Source: Amoebophrya sp. A120 (Eukaryota; Protista; Dinoflagellata). From it: DNA of 64,000 nt. The position numbers and the translations under genes are program-made. The notes under the pieces were generated by a model that was given only the letters and a program-made list of their open reading frames with translations, made no database searches and was not told the origin of the DNA. Within the stretch, counting starts at the first letter, position 1, and the number at the start of each line of letters is the position of its first letter. Location of the stretch: NCBI GenBank assembly GCA_905178155.1, contig CAJINV010000017.1, positions 1,403,290 through 1,467,289 of the forward strand. The letters are read 5' to 3'. Shown piece by piece: positions 42,555 to 51,971 of this stretch.

Positions 42555-45500
42555 TCAAATCCACCCTGCCGTGCCCCGATTCGCATTGCCACCTTGGTCG
42601 TCCCCAAGCCACCCGGTCCGCCCGTTGGCCGCGTCATGTCGGTTGACCTGGGGATTTTGTGGGGGACGAGCACCGGGACCAGCATGATATTGTTGCATTC
42701 CATGCCATGCAGCGCCGCAGGGATAAAGAGTAGAATTATACCTGTTGGGGTGCCCCCCGCCCTGGGGCACCCGCTCTGGGATGGTGCCTGGGTGCCGGCC
42801 GCAAGTGCTCGCCGTCCACGACGCGTGCGGCCACCAAGTCCGTGTCGGAGGAGCACCGCGCTGGATGTAGTGGTTGCGCCATGGACCGGATGGGGCTGAC
42901 GTGCTCCGACCTGTGTCGCCCTTCGTCCACCGATGGGTGGTGGCCCTCCTGCCGGCATGTTCGTGTGGTGAGACCGAGCGGTTTGTGTAGGGAGGGTGGA
43001 CCTGGATGTTGTGGAGGGGAGAGGGAGCGACGACACCACCAAGGGATCCATGCATTCCATACCAACAAGCAACAGAATATTGAGGGTTGGAATTATACCT
43101 GTTCGGGGGGCCCCCACCATGGGGCGCCCCCGATCTTGTCTCGCGTAAATGTGCGCCGTTTCGCCTCGCCGTAGCGTGCAGCCGGCGTCGTGCTCCGGTG
43201 GGTGTCCCAAAGTGGCCATCTCCAGCAGGTCGTGGTTGGGTGGAACCGTGCAAATCGGTCGAGGGGCACGTGGGTTCTGAGTCGATGTGGTTTCCGGGCA
43301 GTAGGGGTAGGCTCTGGTGCGGCTGGTAAGTGACCTGTGTGGTCGAGGGGAGAGCAACAACGGCCAAAGGAGGACACTGTAACACGTCAAGTCCCAACGA
43401 ATGATGCGCATCAATGACATGATAACTATACCTGTTCGGGCACCCCCCACCTGGAGGTGCCCGGGTCGGTGTCTCGCGTGGGTTCGTAGGGTTTGATTGC
43501 TCCGGCGATGTAGAGCATGTCCAGCTGGTGGGGTACGCCGCCGGGTGGTGCGGGTGAGCGTGTGCTTGGGCTGGGGTACAGGGCCTTGACCAAGATGCTC
43601 TGCTCGACTGTAGATGGGCGGCATGGGGTGCCGGGCGGGAGTCGCGTTGCGGCGGTTTCTGTACAGGGATATAATGAGCGAGGGAGGCCGGGTCTTGTGG
43701 AACGTGCAAAAAATTCCTGATGTTCATCGCATTGCTAGTTTCTGTGGGCAAGCAAGCATAACAATAAGAATACCGGTCAGGACCCCCCCACGCCCCCTCC
43801 ACAGCCCCGCGCCCGCGGTAGTGTGTTTGGGGGGGAGAAAGCGGTGGGCGGAGTCCTGGTGGCGCTTTGTTTGCGCTGAAAAGTTCGGCCCCGGCATTGC
43901 GTTGTTGCGTCTCGTCCTCGGTGTCGCTGTCCCAGTCTGCATCGTCATCGAGCTCCCCGCCCGGCTGTAGCGCGCGTCGCAGCAACCTGATGAACTCGAT
44001 GCCCCAGCACGGGTCCTCCTGCAGTGCCGCGGACCGGAATTCGCCCGGGTTGGACGGGTCTACCACCCGGAGGCTCTGAAGGGCCGGGCACTCCTGTACC
44101 AAGTGCGCTGTCGTTGCTGCCGGTGGGCTCTGTGTCCGCCCTTGACAAAACGGGCAGGCGTAGTCTCTACCGGTTATGTCCGAAACCAGCAGGCCCATCC
44201 TTGCCGCGTTGTAGGCGACTTCGTCCGCCCTCGTCGCGTGCGCCACGCTGTCTATCGGGTTTGCCGCGAAGTTGGACACCTGGCGGAGTGTCACGCAGGT
44301 CTTGGACCCTCCTGTCTGTTTTCCCCTGTCCTGCAGCTCCTTCTTTTTCTGTTGCCGCAGGGACCTCGCGACTTCCCGCTTGGCCTGCCTGTGCGTGACC
44401 CTCGCACCGACTTCGGTGTAGTCGGTTTGCTCCCTGGCCATGGTCGCGAGCTTGTCCGCGACCTCGTTGCCGTCGACGACCTTCCTGTGCGACTTTGTGA
44501 ACACCAGCGACAGGTGTCCCGCGGGTCCTAGTTTCTCTAGGGCGTCCCGTAGTGTTTCGTAGAGCAGCAGGTCACTGCCGTCCCGAATTCTTGGGTTTTG
44601 GAGCGCCTCGAGATTGGACTGCGAGTCTGTGACCACGACCGCTGTGCGGACTTCCCCTGCCGGTCTCTCTGCTACGGTGGCCAGGGCCCCCAGCAGGGCT
44701 GCTCGCTCCGCGTCGAACGAGTCCCCGTAGGACGTTGTTGCCCAGCCGTACTCTCTGTACCTGTCCCACGCGTCTTCGACCACGGCCGCGGCACATTGGA
44801 AGTCCTTGACTGAACCGTCCGTGTACAGCGAGACGTCTGCCGCTGTGGTGAGTTGTCGCAACTCCTCGTCCGTCGTTCCGGTTGTGCGGACCGTTAGCCT
44901 CCCGGCTTCTTTTGCGGCGTGTACTGTGCTCAGGCCGTTCTGCGGGAGTGCCCCGGGTTCCGCTAGAACCTCGCACCCCTCCGGTAGCGCCGAAGCCCGT
45001 AGCGCGTCGGCTGCCGCCGTCACCCAGTCGACCTGCCCCGCTGCCGCTTCGACCTGCTCTCGCAGCGGGTCCGTTTTCTCCCTCGACATGCCACGCGCTA
45101 GCAACGCGGCAGCTTCTTCCTTTGCCAGGTTTTCGAGTGGTTGGAGTCCTGCCTCATGCAATGCACAGTCGCCGTTCGTTGTCCTCGGGAGCCCTAGTAT
45201 GCTCCTGGCCGCCTGCTTGTGGAACCTGTCGAGCTCCTGCTTGCACTTTTGTGGTAGTGCGAAGTAGTACGAGCCGAGGCCGTACCGGACTAAGCTTTCA
45301 CAGAATAAACGGCAGAAGACTCGGACATCTGCTGTGCGTGTCCACGGGAGCCGCGCGAGTGCCCGCACCGCTACCATGCGGCGCCGCAACTTTCCTAGCA
45401 TTTTCTCGGTGTGCTTGCGAAATCTCATTTCGCGGTCTAGCGTGATGCCTAGGAATTTTGGATGCGACTCATACGGCAGCTCGGTGCCCGCTCCGCTGTG

Positions 45501-46643
45501 CGTGTACAACTTCAGCTCCTTCTCCTCTTGTTGGAACACCCGCTGGAGCACCGTCAGTGTGCACTTCGTGGGTGAAAGCGACATGTTGTTCCGCCGGCAC
45601 CAGTCGTGTAACCGGTCCAGCGCCGCCTGTAGCTTTCTCTCTGCTTCTTCGGGATCATCGTACTCGACCGAGATTGCGAGGTCGTCCATGTACAAGAAGA
45701 CCTCGCATCCCGTGCCCTCCAATACTTCCGCGAGCTCGAAAAAGTCGCAGAAAACCGTGGGCCCGATGACCGTCCCCTGTGGTACTCCTTGCGGGATTTT
45801 GTGCACCTCGCTTCGCCCTCCTGCGTACTCGACGACCCTTGTGCGGTCGCCGCAAAAATTCCGCGTCCACCTGACTAGCAACGCGTGTTCTGCTCTTTTG
45901 TCCTCCGGGAGGCGCGCGCCATTCTTTAACGCGTGGCGCGCGTACTTGTGCCTGTTCACTCGGTCGAAAGCGGTCTCCAGGTCGATCAGCACCAAAGCTC
46001 TGCGCTTGCCGGCGCGGAACGTCTTCTGTGCCCTCGCGGAGAGCGTAGCGACGTGCTCCGCCGCCCCTCGGTGCTTGCAGTCGCCGTACTGCAGGTGGGA
46101 GCGCACGGGGGTCCCTGCTTGTGCAAACAGCAGCCTTGTGCGGTTTTGGACGCATCGCTCTAACAACTTGGCCAGGATTGGCGTCAAAGCTACTGGGCGG
46201 TAGGAGCTCGGTTTGTCGACCGGTTTGGACGGCTTCAGCAGTGGCTTCAGCAGCTCCCGCTTCAGAGTTTGCGGTGTTCCCCCTGTGTTCACACAGTCGG
46301 AGAAAAAACCGCGAAGGAACTTTTTTCCTGCTGTGGGCAAGTTCTTAAACTGTGGCCCCTTTAGCCCGTCCGGGCCCCCCGCCGACGTTGACGACTGCGA
46401 GACCAGTGCTGCTTCTATCTCGTCGAGCGTGAACTCGATCCGTGTGCTTGGCTTTATCTCCTCGTTGAAGATTTTCTCGGCTTCTCTTTTCGCGGTCTGC
46501 TCCTCTGCTTCGTCTAACGTCGGCAAGGAGGCGTAGTGCTTTGCGAAGACCGTCGGCAGCCCTGTGGCATGGGACTCGCCCCCGAACTTTAGCACTTTGG
46601 CCGCCCCCGTGACCGGTCTGCCGCCCGCTTCGAGTTCTCGCAA
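42555..46643 (-). CDS. Retrotransposon pol, C-terminal part: RT, RNase H, CCHC finger, Pro/His-rich tail
   Basis: AGGPDGL, YRPVALTPILAKLLER, DLETAFDRV, GVPQGTVIGP, YMDD (45681-45692), KFLGITLD. RNase H YTDGS..E..TDSQS..SH..GNEVAD. CPFC..H....C. In frame with the upstream ORF across a single TAG. Confidence 0.92.
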   Translation of the reverse strand: MRELEAGGRPVTGAAKVLKFGGESHATGLPTVFAKHYASLPTLDEAEEQTAKREAEKIFNEEIKPSTRIEFTLDEIEAALVSQSSTSAGGPDGLKGPQFKNLPTAGKKFLRGFFSDCVNTGGTPQTLKRELLKPLLKPSKPVDKPSSYRPVALTPILAKLLERCVQNRTRLLFAQAGTPVRSHLQYGDCKHRGAAEHVATLSARAQKTFRAGKRRALVLIDLETAFDRVNRHKYARHALKNGARLPEDKRAEHALLVRWTRNFCGDRTRVVEYAGGRSEVHKIPQGVPQGTVIGPTVFCDFFELAEVLEGTGCEVFLYMDDLAISVEYDDPEEAERKLQAALDRLHDWCRRNNMSLSPTKCTLTVLQRVFQQEEKELKLYTHSGAGTELPYESHPKFLGITLDREMRFRKHTEKMLGKLRRRMVAVRALARLPWTRTADVRVFCRLFCESLVRYGLGSYYFALPQKCKQELDRFHKQAARSILGLPRTTNGDCALHEAGLQPLENLAKEEAAALLARGMSREKTDPLREQVEAAAGQVDWVTAAADALRASALPEGCEVLAEPGALPQNGLSTVHAAKEAGRLTVRTTGTTDEELRQLTTAADVSLYTDGSVKDFQCAAAVVEDAWDRYREYGWATTSYGDSFDAERAALLGALATVAERPAGEVRTAVVVTDSQSNLEALQNPRIRDGSDLLLYETLRDALEKLGPAGHLSLVFTKSHRKVVDGNEVADKLATMAREQTDYTEVGARVTHRQAKREVARSLRQQKKKELQDRGKQTGGSKTCVTLRQVSNFAANPIDSVAHATRADEVAYNAARMGLLVSDITGRDYACPFCQGRTQSPPAATTAHLVQECPALQSLRVVDPSNPGEFRSAALQEDPCWGIEFIRLLRRALQPGGELDDDADWDSDTEDETQQRNAGAELFSANKAPPGLRPPLSPPQTHYRGRGAVEGAWGGPDRYSYCYACLPTETSNAMNIRNFLHVPQDPASLAHYIPVQKPPQRDSRPAPHAAHLQSSRASWSRPCTPAQAHAHPHHPAAYPTSWTCSTSPEQSNPTNPRETPTRAPPGGGCPNRYSYHVIDAHHSLGLDVLQCPPLAVVALPSTTQVTYQPHQSLPLLPGNHIDSEPTCPSTDLHGSTQPRPAGDGHFGTPTGARRRLHATARRNGAHLRETRSGAPHGGGPPNRYNSNPQYSVACWYGMHGSLGGVVAPSPLHNIQVHPPYTNRSVSPHEHAGRRATTHRWTKGDTGRSTSAPSGPWRNHYIQRGAPPTRTWWPHASWTASTCGRHPGTIPERVPQGGGHPNRYNSTLYPCGAAWHGMQQYHAGPGARPPQNPQVNRHDAANGRTGWLGDDQGGNANRGTAGWI
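42648..43773 (-). other. Four GT-AG intron-like units in the retrotransposon 3' region (43659-43773, 43335-43431, 43002-43098, 42648-42741)
   Basis: Donors CG|GTATTC, CAG|GTATAG, CAG|GTATAA (x2). Acceptors CTGTACAG|A, CCACACAG|GTC, ACATCCAG|GTC, ATCCCCAG|GTC. These resemble host intron ends in this window. Lengths 115, 97, 97 and 94 nt. Confidence 0.6.
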
Positions 46644-46646
46644 CAG

Positions 46647-49600
46647 CTAGAAAGCGCCGCTCGTTGTTGCCTGCGCCTTCTCTGCTTTCTCCCGGAACTG
46701 CTTGCGCCGCCTCTCGTTCTCTGCCTCCCGCACGGCCCTGTTTGCTCGCTTCGTCTCCTTCTGCCAGCGGGCTCGCTCGTCCCCGACCTGTGCTGCGTGA
46801 GCCCGGCGGGCGCATTCGTTTCGGCGAACGATTGCGGCCTCGAGCTCCGTGGGCTCGTGGTGCTTCCTTCGTGGCCTCACTTTCTTGGGGTTCACCGAGA
46901 CCCTCGGAACGGCCTTGGCGGTCGCCGCTACTACTGCTTTGCGAAACAGCTCGGCCTGCTTGGTCAGCGGCGTCTCCTCCGTCGGTGTGTTGGCGGTTAG
47001 GAAATTCGTGAACTCCTCGCGGTACAGGTCCCAGTCGGCTCGCTCGAATACCAGCTTCGTTTGCTTCCGCGTTACTACTGTTTCGTTTTCCTCTGACAGG
47101 GACTCGACGACCTGGGTCGGTGTTGGTAGCTGCGGGCCTGCGAAGAACGACTGCACCAAGGGAACCGCGGCGACCCAGCTCGTCACCCACTTCCCTAGCC
47201 GAAAGCCCCGGGGCTCGGTCGCCTTGTTGTTTGCTTGCGCCTTCTTTTCCTTTCTCTGCTTTCTGCGCGCCGCTCCGCTCGTTTTTGACGGCGCTTCGCC
47301 CTGTTGCCGGCCTTGCGCGCCTGCTGTGCCGCCCCCTCCGAAGAGGGAACCGCCGGCCCCTTTTTTGCCTGTTGCGCTGGTTCTCCCCGCGCCTGCTGCT
47401 TCTTCTCTTTTGCCTGTCTGGTGTGCAGAGCCGCTGCCCGCGGCGCTGCTCGTGCTGTTGCTGCTTGCCCCCTGGGCTCCTGCCCTCGCCGCCTTCTGCG
47501 GGATGCAGAAAACCAGCGCGCTGTGGTCGCTCGCTAGTGGTACTACTGCCGGGCCGTTTGGCTGCACGGCATATGCCCGCGCTGCTAGTGAGTCAGACAT
47601 CAATAGCCAGTCCGGACTGGTTTCCGAGCTGGGTCGCGTTGGCGTCTCCCGGTTCGCGAATGTTGCGAGGCCTTGGTCTAGTGCAAACTGTTCTACGTCG
47701 CTTCCTCTTTGGTCGTCCCGCTCCGCCGGTGGGAAAACTACTGCGCTGTGGCCGTTGACATCCCAGCTGAGAAAGACCTCGTCCCCGTTCTTGCCCTTCG
47801 GCAGTGGCAGTCCCTTCGCGCCGGGGGCGGTGTACACTGCTGCACCTGTGAAAGCTGCGTTCTTCGCTGTGCCACTGTAGACGTGTGCGGCTGCTAGGTT
47901 GTGCCGACCTCCTTCTTTCGTGTTCCACTGAAAGCCGTCCTTCGCGTCTTCTGCCTTTGCGTTTTTGTGCGCTACGACGGCGGCGCCCCCGTATGTGGCG
48001 TTTCCGCCGCTGCCTGACGTTGCGGGGGAGAACGATACCAGCACGAACTCGTCTCCCAACAAGCGCACGAACTCGCCAAACTCTTCTTCTGTTTCGCACC
48101 AGTGTTCCTGCAGGAAGATGAGGGAGCTGTCTACCCCCCGGACCAACCTCCGCAGGCCTGGCGCTTTTGCTGCTTTCGCTTTTTCTGAACGGACGCTCTG
48201 GCAGTTCCACTGCACTCCTACCTCTCCGGCCCATTCGGTTCGGGGTGGGAGGTCCGGAATGGCGAAGTCTAAGGTCACCTCTCGTGGCGCCTCCTGGACG
48301 TAGCCCGCCTTGTAGTGGGACATCTGCGCCGGGCCCCCGCCGGTGTGTATCCCCCGCGGGTAGGCTGGCAGCATCACGCGCGTGACTTCCGGGTGCTCTT
48401 CTGCGGCATGGCTCAACATACCCTTCAGAGCGTTGACCCGCCCTACCTGGTAAACCCTGTTGGCGTTTGGGTCTTCCCGGCAGATCGTGCACTCGTACCG
48501 CTTGTCCGGCGTCCCTTTTTCCGGCGTAATGTCGTGGCAGAGAAGTTCCGTCGTCTTGTCGAAGCGATGGCTGCAGGGCGCTGTTAGTGGCCTGCCCCAC
48601 GCGTCCGCGCTGTCTTCCTTCGCCTGTTCGTCCTGGGACGGCGCTGGGCGTGCCGGCCTGCTGCTGCTACTGCTGCTGCTCGTTGCCCCCGCGTTCGGCT
48701 GCTGTTGCCTCTGTTCTCGCTGCTCGAGCCTTTGCCTCCCCGCAATTGCTTCCGGGCTGTCTTCGCCGTAGAAACGCTCCCGGACCTGTTGCTCCGTCAA
48801 GACGCCTCTGTTGACGAGGCTCCGCTTGCTCTCCCCCGGCATCAGGTCGACGGCGCCGTTCCTGTGGGTGCGTGTCCACATGATGTCGTCCTCGTCCTCC
48901 ACCTGTACGAAAGCGGTGCTTACGCCCCTCAGCGTGTTGCTGGGGTGAAGCCTCGGCGTTTTGTTTCTCTTTTTTTCCCTCTCCTGCGCCGGTCTCGCGG
49001 GCGGCTCGTGCCTCTGCTCCTCTCTTTGGTCTGCTCTTCTTTGCGACGCCTGTCGTTCTGTCTCGCGGCCGCCGGCTCCTTGTGCCGCCGCCTGGCCTGT
49101 GGCTTTTGTTCCTTTTCCCTTTAGCTTTGCCGGAGGGTTGACGAGGTCATTGAACCTGGTGGACACACTGTCTACCGCTTCTGTGACCGTGTGCACCGCT
49201 GCTGCGACGTCCGCCGCCGCGCTCAGCAGACCGAAGCCCGTGTTCTGTGCCAACTGCCTGAGCAGCGCGGCCGTTTCGCCGCTTCGGCCGTCCCCCTCTC
49301 CACGCCTTTCTTTCTCGCGCTCTGTGCCCCGGCTTTCGGTGGCGGCCGGCGGGGTGCTTTTTTCCTCTTTTTCGGCATCCCCTGCTTCTTGCAAGCGCTC
49401 TGCTTTTTCGCAGTGCGTGTGCCAGGGGCTGCGTCTGCCTGTGGCGCGGTCATACACCAACAAAGCGAGCGCGGCACTAAAGGTCAGCAACATGGCGTCG
49501 AAGACGTGTGCCGTCGTTGCGACCTGGGCCCCCAGGCGGAGGAGGTGTTCCTCGTCCAGGGTCAACGCCAGGCCCCTGGCGAGTTTGTCTTCTATCCGCC

Positions 49601-50408
49601 CCCGGAGCTCCGGCGCTAGTGGCTCCGGCTGTATCAGCCACTTTGCCACTAGGGAAACCAAAAGGGCCGAGATCACAAAAACCCCGAGCAAGTGACTGTA
49701 GTGGTATTCTCTTCGCAGCACTACGTATTTGGTAACGGGTGGCTGGGGATGGGGTGGGGGCCAGCTGCTGCTTCCCCCCGTCGCTGGGAGGCGCCCGTCT
49801 TGCCGGAGCGGCACCCTCGTTACCGGCGGTTTCCCGATGTCCTTCGGACCGCTCGCCGGCTGTTGCTCGGGAGGCTGCTCCTCTTCATCGCTGCTACCGT
49901 CTGCTTCCGTCTTGTTCCCCTTGCCCGCGGACAGCTGCGGCACCATGGCGCTACGTAGCTGCCCTGGGTAGACAAAAGTTTGCGGGGATACGACCAGCGG
50001 CAGCTGCGCGTAGTGCTGCTGGTTGATCCAGGGGTCTGGTGGGATGTCTGGTGGGGGGAGCCCGGGCGGAGCTTGGTGTGGAGGCATCGCGAAAGCGGGA
50101 TATTGCTGCTGGCCGCCCAAGTAGGCACCGCTCTGGCCTGCCGGGTGTCCCTGATACAGCGCAGTGTCCCCGCGGTGAAAATGCTGCGGCTGGCCGCCCC
50201 CGCGGTAGAAGTGCTGCTGTTGACCAACGCCATAAAACTGCTGGTCGTATCCCTGCGTCCCGCCTCCGGGGTGCCAGTAGCCGCTCCAGGCGGTGTTGCT
50301 TTGGGCGCCATGGCCGTGATACTGGGGTGCCCTGCCCGCGCTGGGGTTGCTGGAGCTGCTGCTGGCGCCGCCTCCCCTCGCGATCATCGGGTTACCCGCC
50401 CCGCTCAT
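46647..50408 (-). CDS. Retrotransposon pol, N-terminal part: Q/G/P-rich leader, two hydrophobic helices, C2H2-like finger, AP endonuclease
   Basis: APE motifs QWNCQS, IFLQEH, GGAAVV, VYTAP, WDVNGH, PTR...PDW, SDH (~48215-47520). CTIC...H....H. The first ATG is at 50408 (the track starts at GTG 50435). Confidence 0.88.
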   Translation of the reverse strand: MSGAGNPMIARGGGASSSSSNPSAGRAPQYHGHGAQSNTAWSGYWHPGGGTQGYDQQFYGVGQQQHFYRGGGQPQHFHRGDTALYQGHPAGQSGAYLGGQQQYPAFAMPPHQAPPGLPPPDIPPDPWINQQHYAQLPLVVSPQTFVYPGQLRSAMVPQLSAGKGNKTEADGSSDEEEQPPEQQPASGPKDIGKPPVTRVPLRQDGRLPATGGSSSWPPPHPQPPVTKYVVLRREYHYSHLLGVFVISALLVSLVAKWLIQPEPLAPELRGRIEDKLARGLALTLDEEHLLRLGAQVATTAHVFDAMLLTFSAALALLVYDRATGRRSPWHTHCEKAERLQEAGDAEKEEKSTPPAATESRGTEREKERRGEGDGRSGETAALLRQLAQNTGFGLLSAAADVAAAVHTVTEAVDSVSTRFNDLVNPPAKLKGKGTKATGQAAAQGAGGRETERQASQRRADQREEQRHEPPARPAQEREKKRNKTPRLHPSNTLRGVSTAFVQVEDEDDIMWTRTHRNGAVDLMPGESKRSLVNRGVLTEQQVRERFYGEDSPEAIAGRQRLEQREQRQQQPNAGATSSSSSSSRPARPAPSQDEQAKEDSADAWGRPLTAPCSHRFDKTTELLCHDITPEKGTPDKRYECTICREDPNANRVYQVGRVNALKGMLSHAAEEHPEVTRVMLPAYPRGIHTGGGPAQMSHYKAGYVQEAPREVTLDFAIPDLPPRTEWAGEVGVQWNCQSVRSEKAKAAKAPGLRRLVRGVDSSLIFLQEHWCETEEEFGEFVRLLGDEFVLVSFSPATSGSGGNATYGGAAVVAHKNAKAEDAKDGFQWNTKEGGRHNLAAAHVYSGTAKNAAFTGAAVYTAPGAKGLPLPKGKNGDEVFLSWDVNGHSAVVFPPAERDDQRGSDVEQFALDQGLATFANRETPTRPSSETSPDWLLMSDSLAARAYAVQPNGPAVVPLASDHSALVFCIPQKAARAGAQGASSNSTSSAAGSGSAHQTGKREEAAGAGRTSATGKKGAGGSLFGGGGTAGAQGRQQGEAPSKTSGAARRKQRKEKKAQANNKATEPRGFRLGKWVTSWVAAVPLVQSFFAGPQLPTPTQVVESLSEENETVVTRKQTKLVFERADWDLYREEFTNFLTANTPTEETPLTKQAELFRKAVVAATAKAVPRVSVNPKKVRPRRKHHEPTELEAAIVRRNECARRAHAAQVGDERARWQKETKRANRAVREAENERRRKQFREKAEKAQATTSGAF

Positions 50409-50679
50409 GTCCCACCCTGGGGGGCACTTCGCCACGGGCAGTTAAACCATGGAGCCCAACCGGGGCGGAGGTCGTGGTTATGATTTTCTGTTGCTGCGCG
50501 CGAAGACGTCGGTCCTGTCGCCTGGAGGTCAGTCTGCTCGTGCGACGAAGCCTACACGCGTGTAGATCGGCCTCGGCGCGGAGTGAAGAGGAAGATCGGC
50601 GGGAAGAATCACTGCTACTGCGGAGCGCCGTGCGGTTCTGCTGTGTCGGCTCGCGCTCGGAGGAGGATGGACGGGACTG

Positions 50680-51290
50680 GCGCGCGCGGAAGAAGAGGCC
50701 CTGCCGAAAGAAGGACGTGTCCCAGCCGACAAACGGCTTGCCTTGTTCCCCTCTAAAACTGGAGCACTGCGGTAAAACTGGGGCCCCGGGGAGACCTTCG
50801 CTGTTCCGCCTCTGTGTTCGCCCCGCCTTGTCCCTCTCTAAAACCTCTCCTTTGGTGACGAGTAGCGCGCGCGGAAGAAGAGGCCCGGCAGACGGACAGC
50901 AGACCGACGTGTTCCAACCGCAGACGATGCCGCTCTTCGTCCCGCCGGGTGGCGCAAAACGGCTCGCCTTGTTCCACTCTAAAACCGGAACCCGGGAGAG
51001 ACTTCTCTCTTTCTCCTCTTTGTTCGCCTCGCCTTGTCCCACTCTGAAACCTCTCCGTTGGACACGAGAGGAGCACGCGTGGAAGAAGAGGCCCGGCAGA
51101 CAGAAAGAAGACGCGTTCCAGCCGCAAAAGACACTACTCTTCGCCCCGTCGTGTGGCGCGACGCGTCTCGCCTTGTCCCACTCTAAAACCGGAACGCTAT
51201 TTGTAAACTCGACGGCGTGATTGGGTCGCGGGAAAATCTTCACCGTCTCGCCTCTACGTACGTCTCGCCTTGCCCCACTCTAAAACTGGC
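50680..51290. repeat. Degenerate ~185-210-bp tandem repeats inside the retrotransposon
   Basis: GAAGAAGAGGCCC at ~50689, 50874 and 51082. A CCTTGT(T/C)CCACTCTAAAAC-like motif recurs six times. Confidence 0.75.
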
Positions 51291-51695
51291 GGCTGAATGT
51301 CGTAACAGCAGGTCGGGCAGCAGCAGGAAGATGGGTGTTGCTGAAAGAATGCGCTGCGCACAAGAACTGCGTCGCCGGGTCCTCCGAAAGAGGACGAGGA
51401 CCACGGTTGTGGCGAGGCTGCCGACCTCGGGGGCTGGCTGGCTGATTGTGGTGGTGGTGGTTTGGCGGAATTCCGGTCCCGGGAAGTTCTCGTTTGTCTT
51501 CAGACGCGACGGCACAGTCGAACTTCCCCCACGAAAGCGCTGCCGAATCCGCAAAAACTACAGCGTTAGGGCGTGTCTGAAGGAAAACAGACACCCTTTC
51601 ATACCAATCGGCGGTCACTGCCTGGCGCTGAGGGGCCGGCTGGTGCTGTGGAGCTGTGGACGGAAGTCTTCTCGTGCGGTTTCCCCTCGTTCCGG

Positions 51696-51971
51696 AATCG
51701 AAGCCGGCGGCCGTTTACGCCTATAAATTGCCGATTTGGTTGCGGACTGGTACTGCTTTTCCTGTGTTTTTTCGGCTCCTCCTTGGTAATCGAAGCCGGC
51801 GGCCGTTTACGCCTACAAATTGCCGATTTGGTTGCGGACTGGTGCTGCTTTTCCTGTGTTTTTTCGGCTTCTCCTTGGTAATCGAAGCCGGCGGCCGTTT
51901 ACGCCTATAAGTTGCCGATTTGGTTGCGGACTGGCGCTGCTTTTCCTGTGTTTTTTCGGCACCTCCTTGGT
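51696..51971. repeat. Three near-identical 92-bp tandem repeats inside the retrotransposon
   Basis: AATCGAAGCCGGCGGCCGTTTACGCCTA... starts at 51696, 51788 and 51880. Confidence 0.95.

Noticed and set aside
50039-51243. ORFs 50039-51220 (+) and 50392-51243 (-), and a possible 2A peptide
   Set aside because: They run through degenerate nucleotide repeats with non-ATG starts; no DxExNPGP motif found.
51696-51971. 92-bp repeats or the 3' retrotransposon units as a CRISPR-like array
   Set aside because: The 92-mers are contiguous with no unique spacers, the 3' units are better explained as introns, and there are no cas genes in this eukaryotic context.
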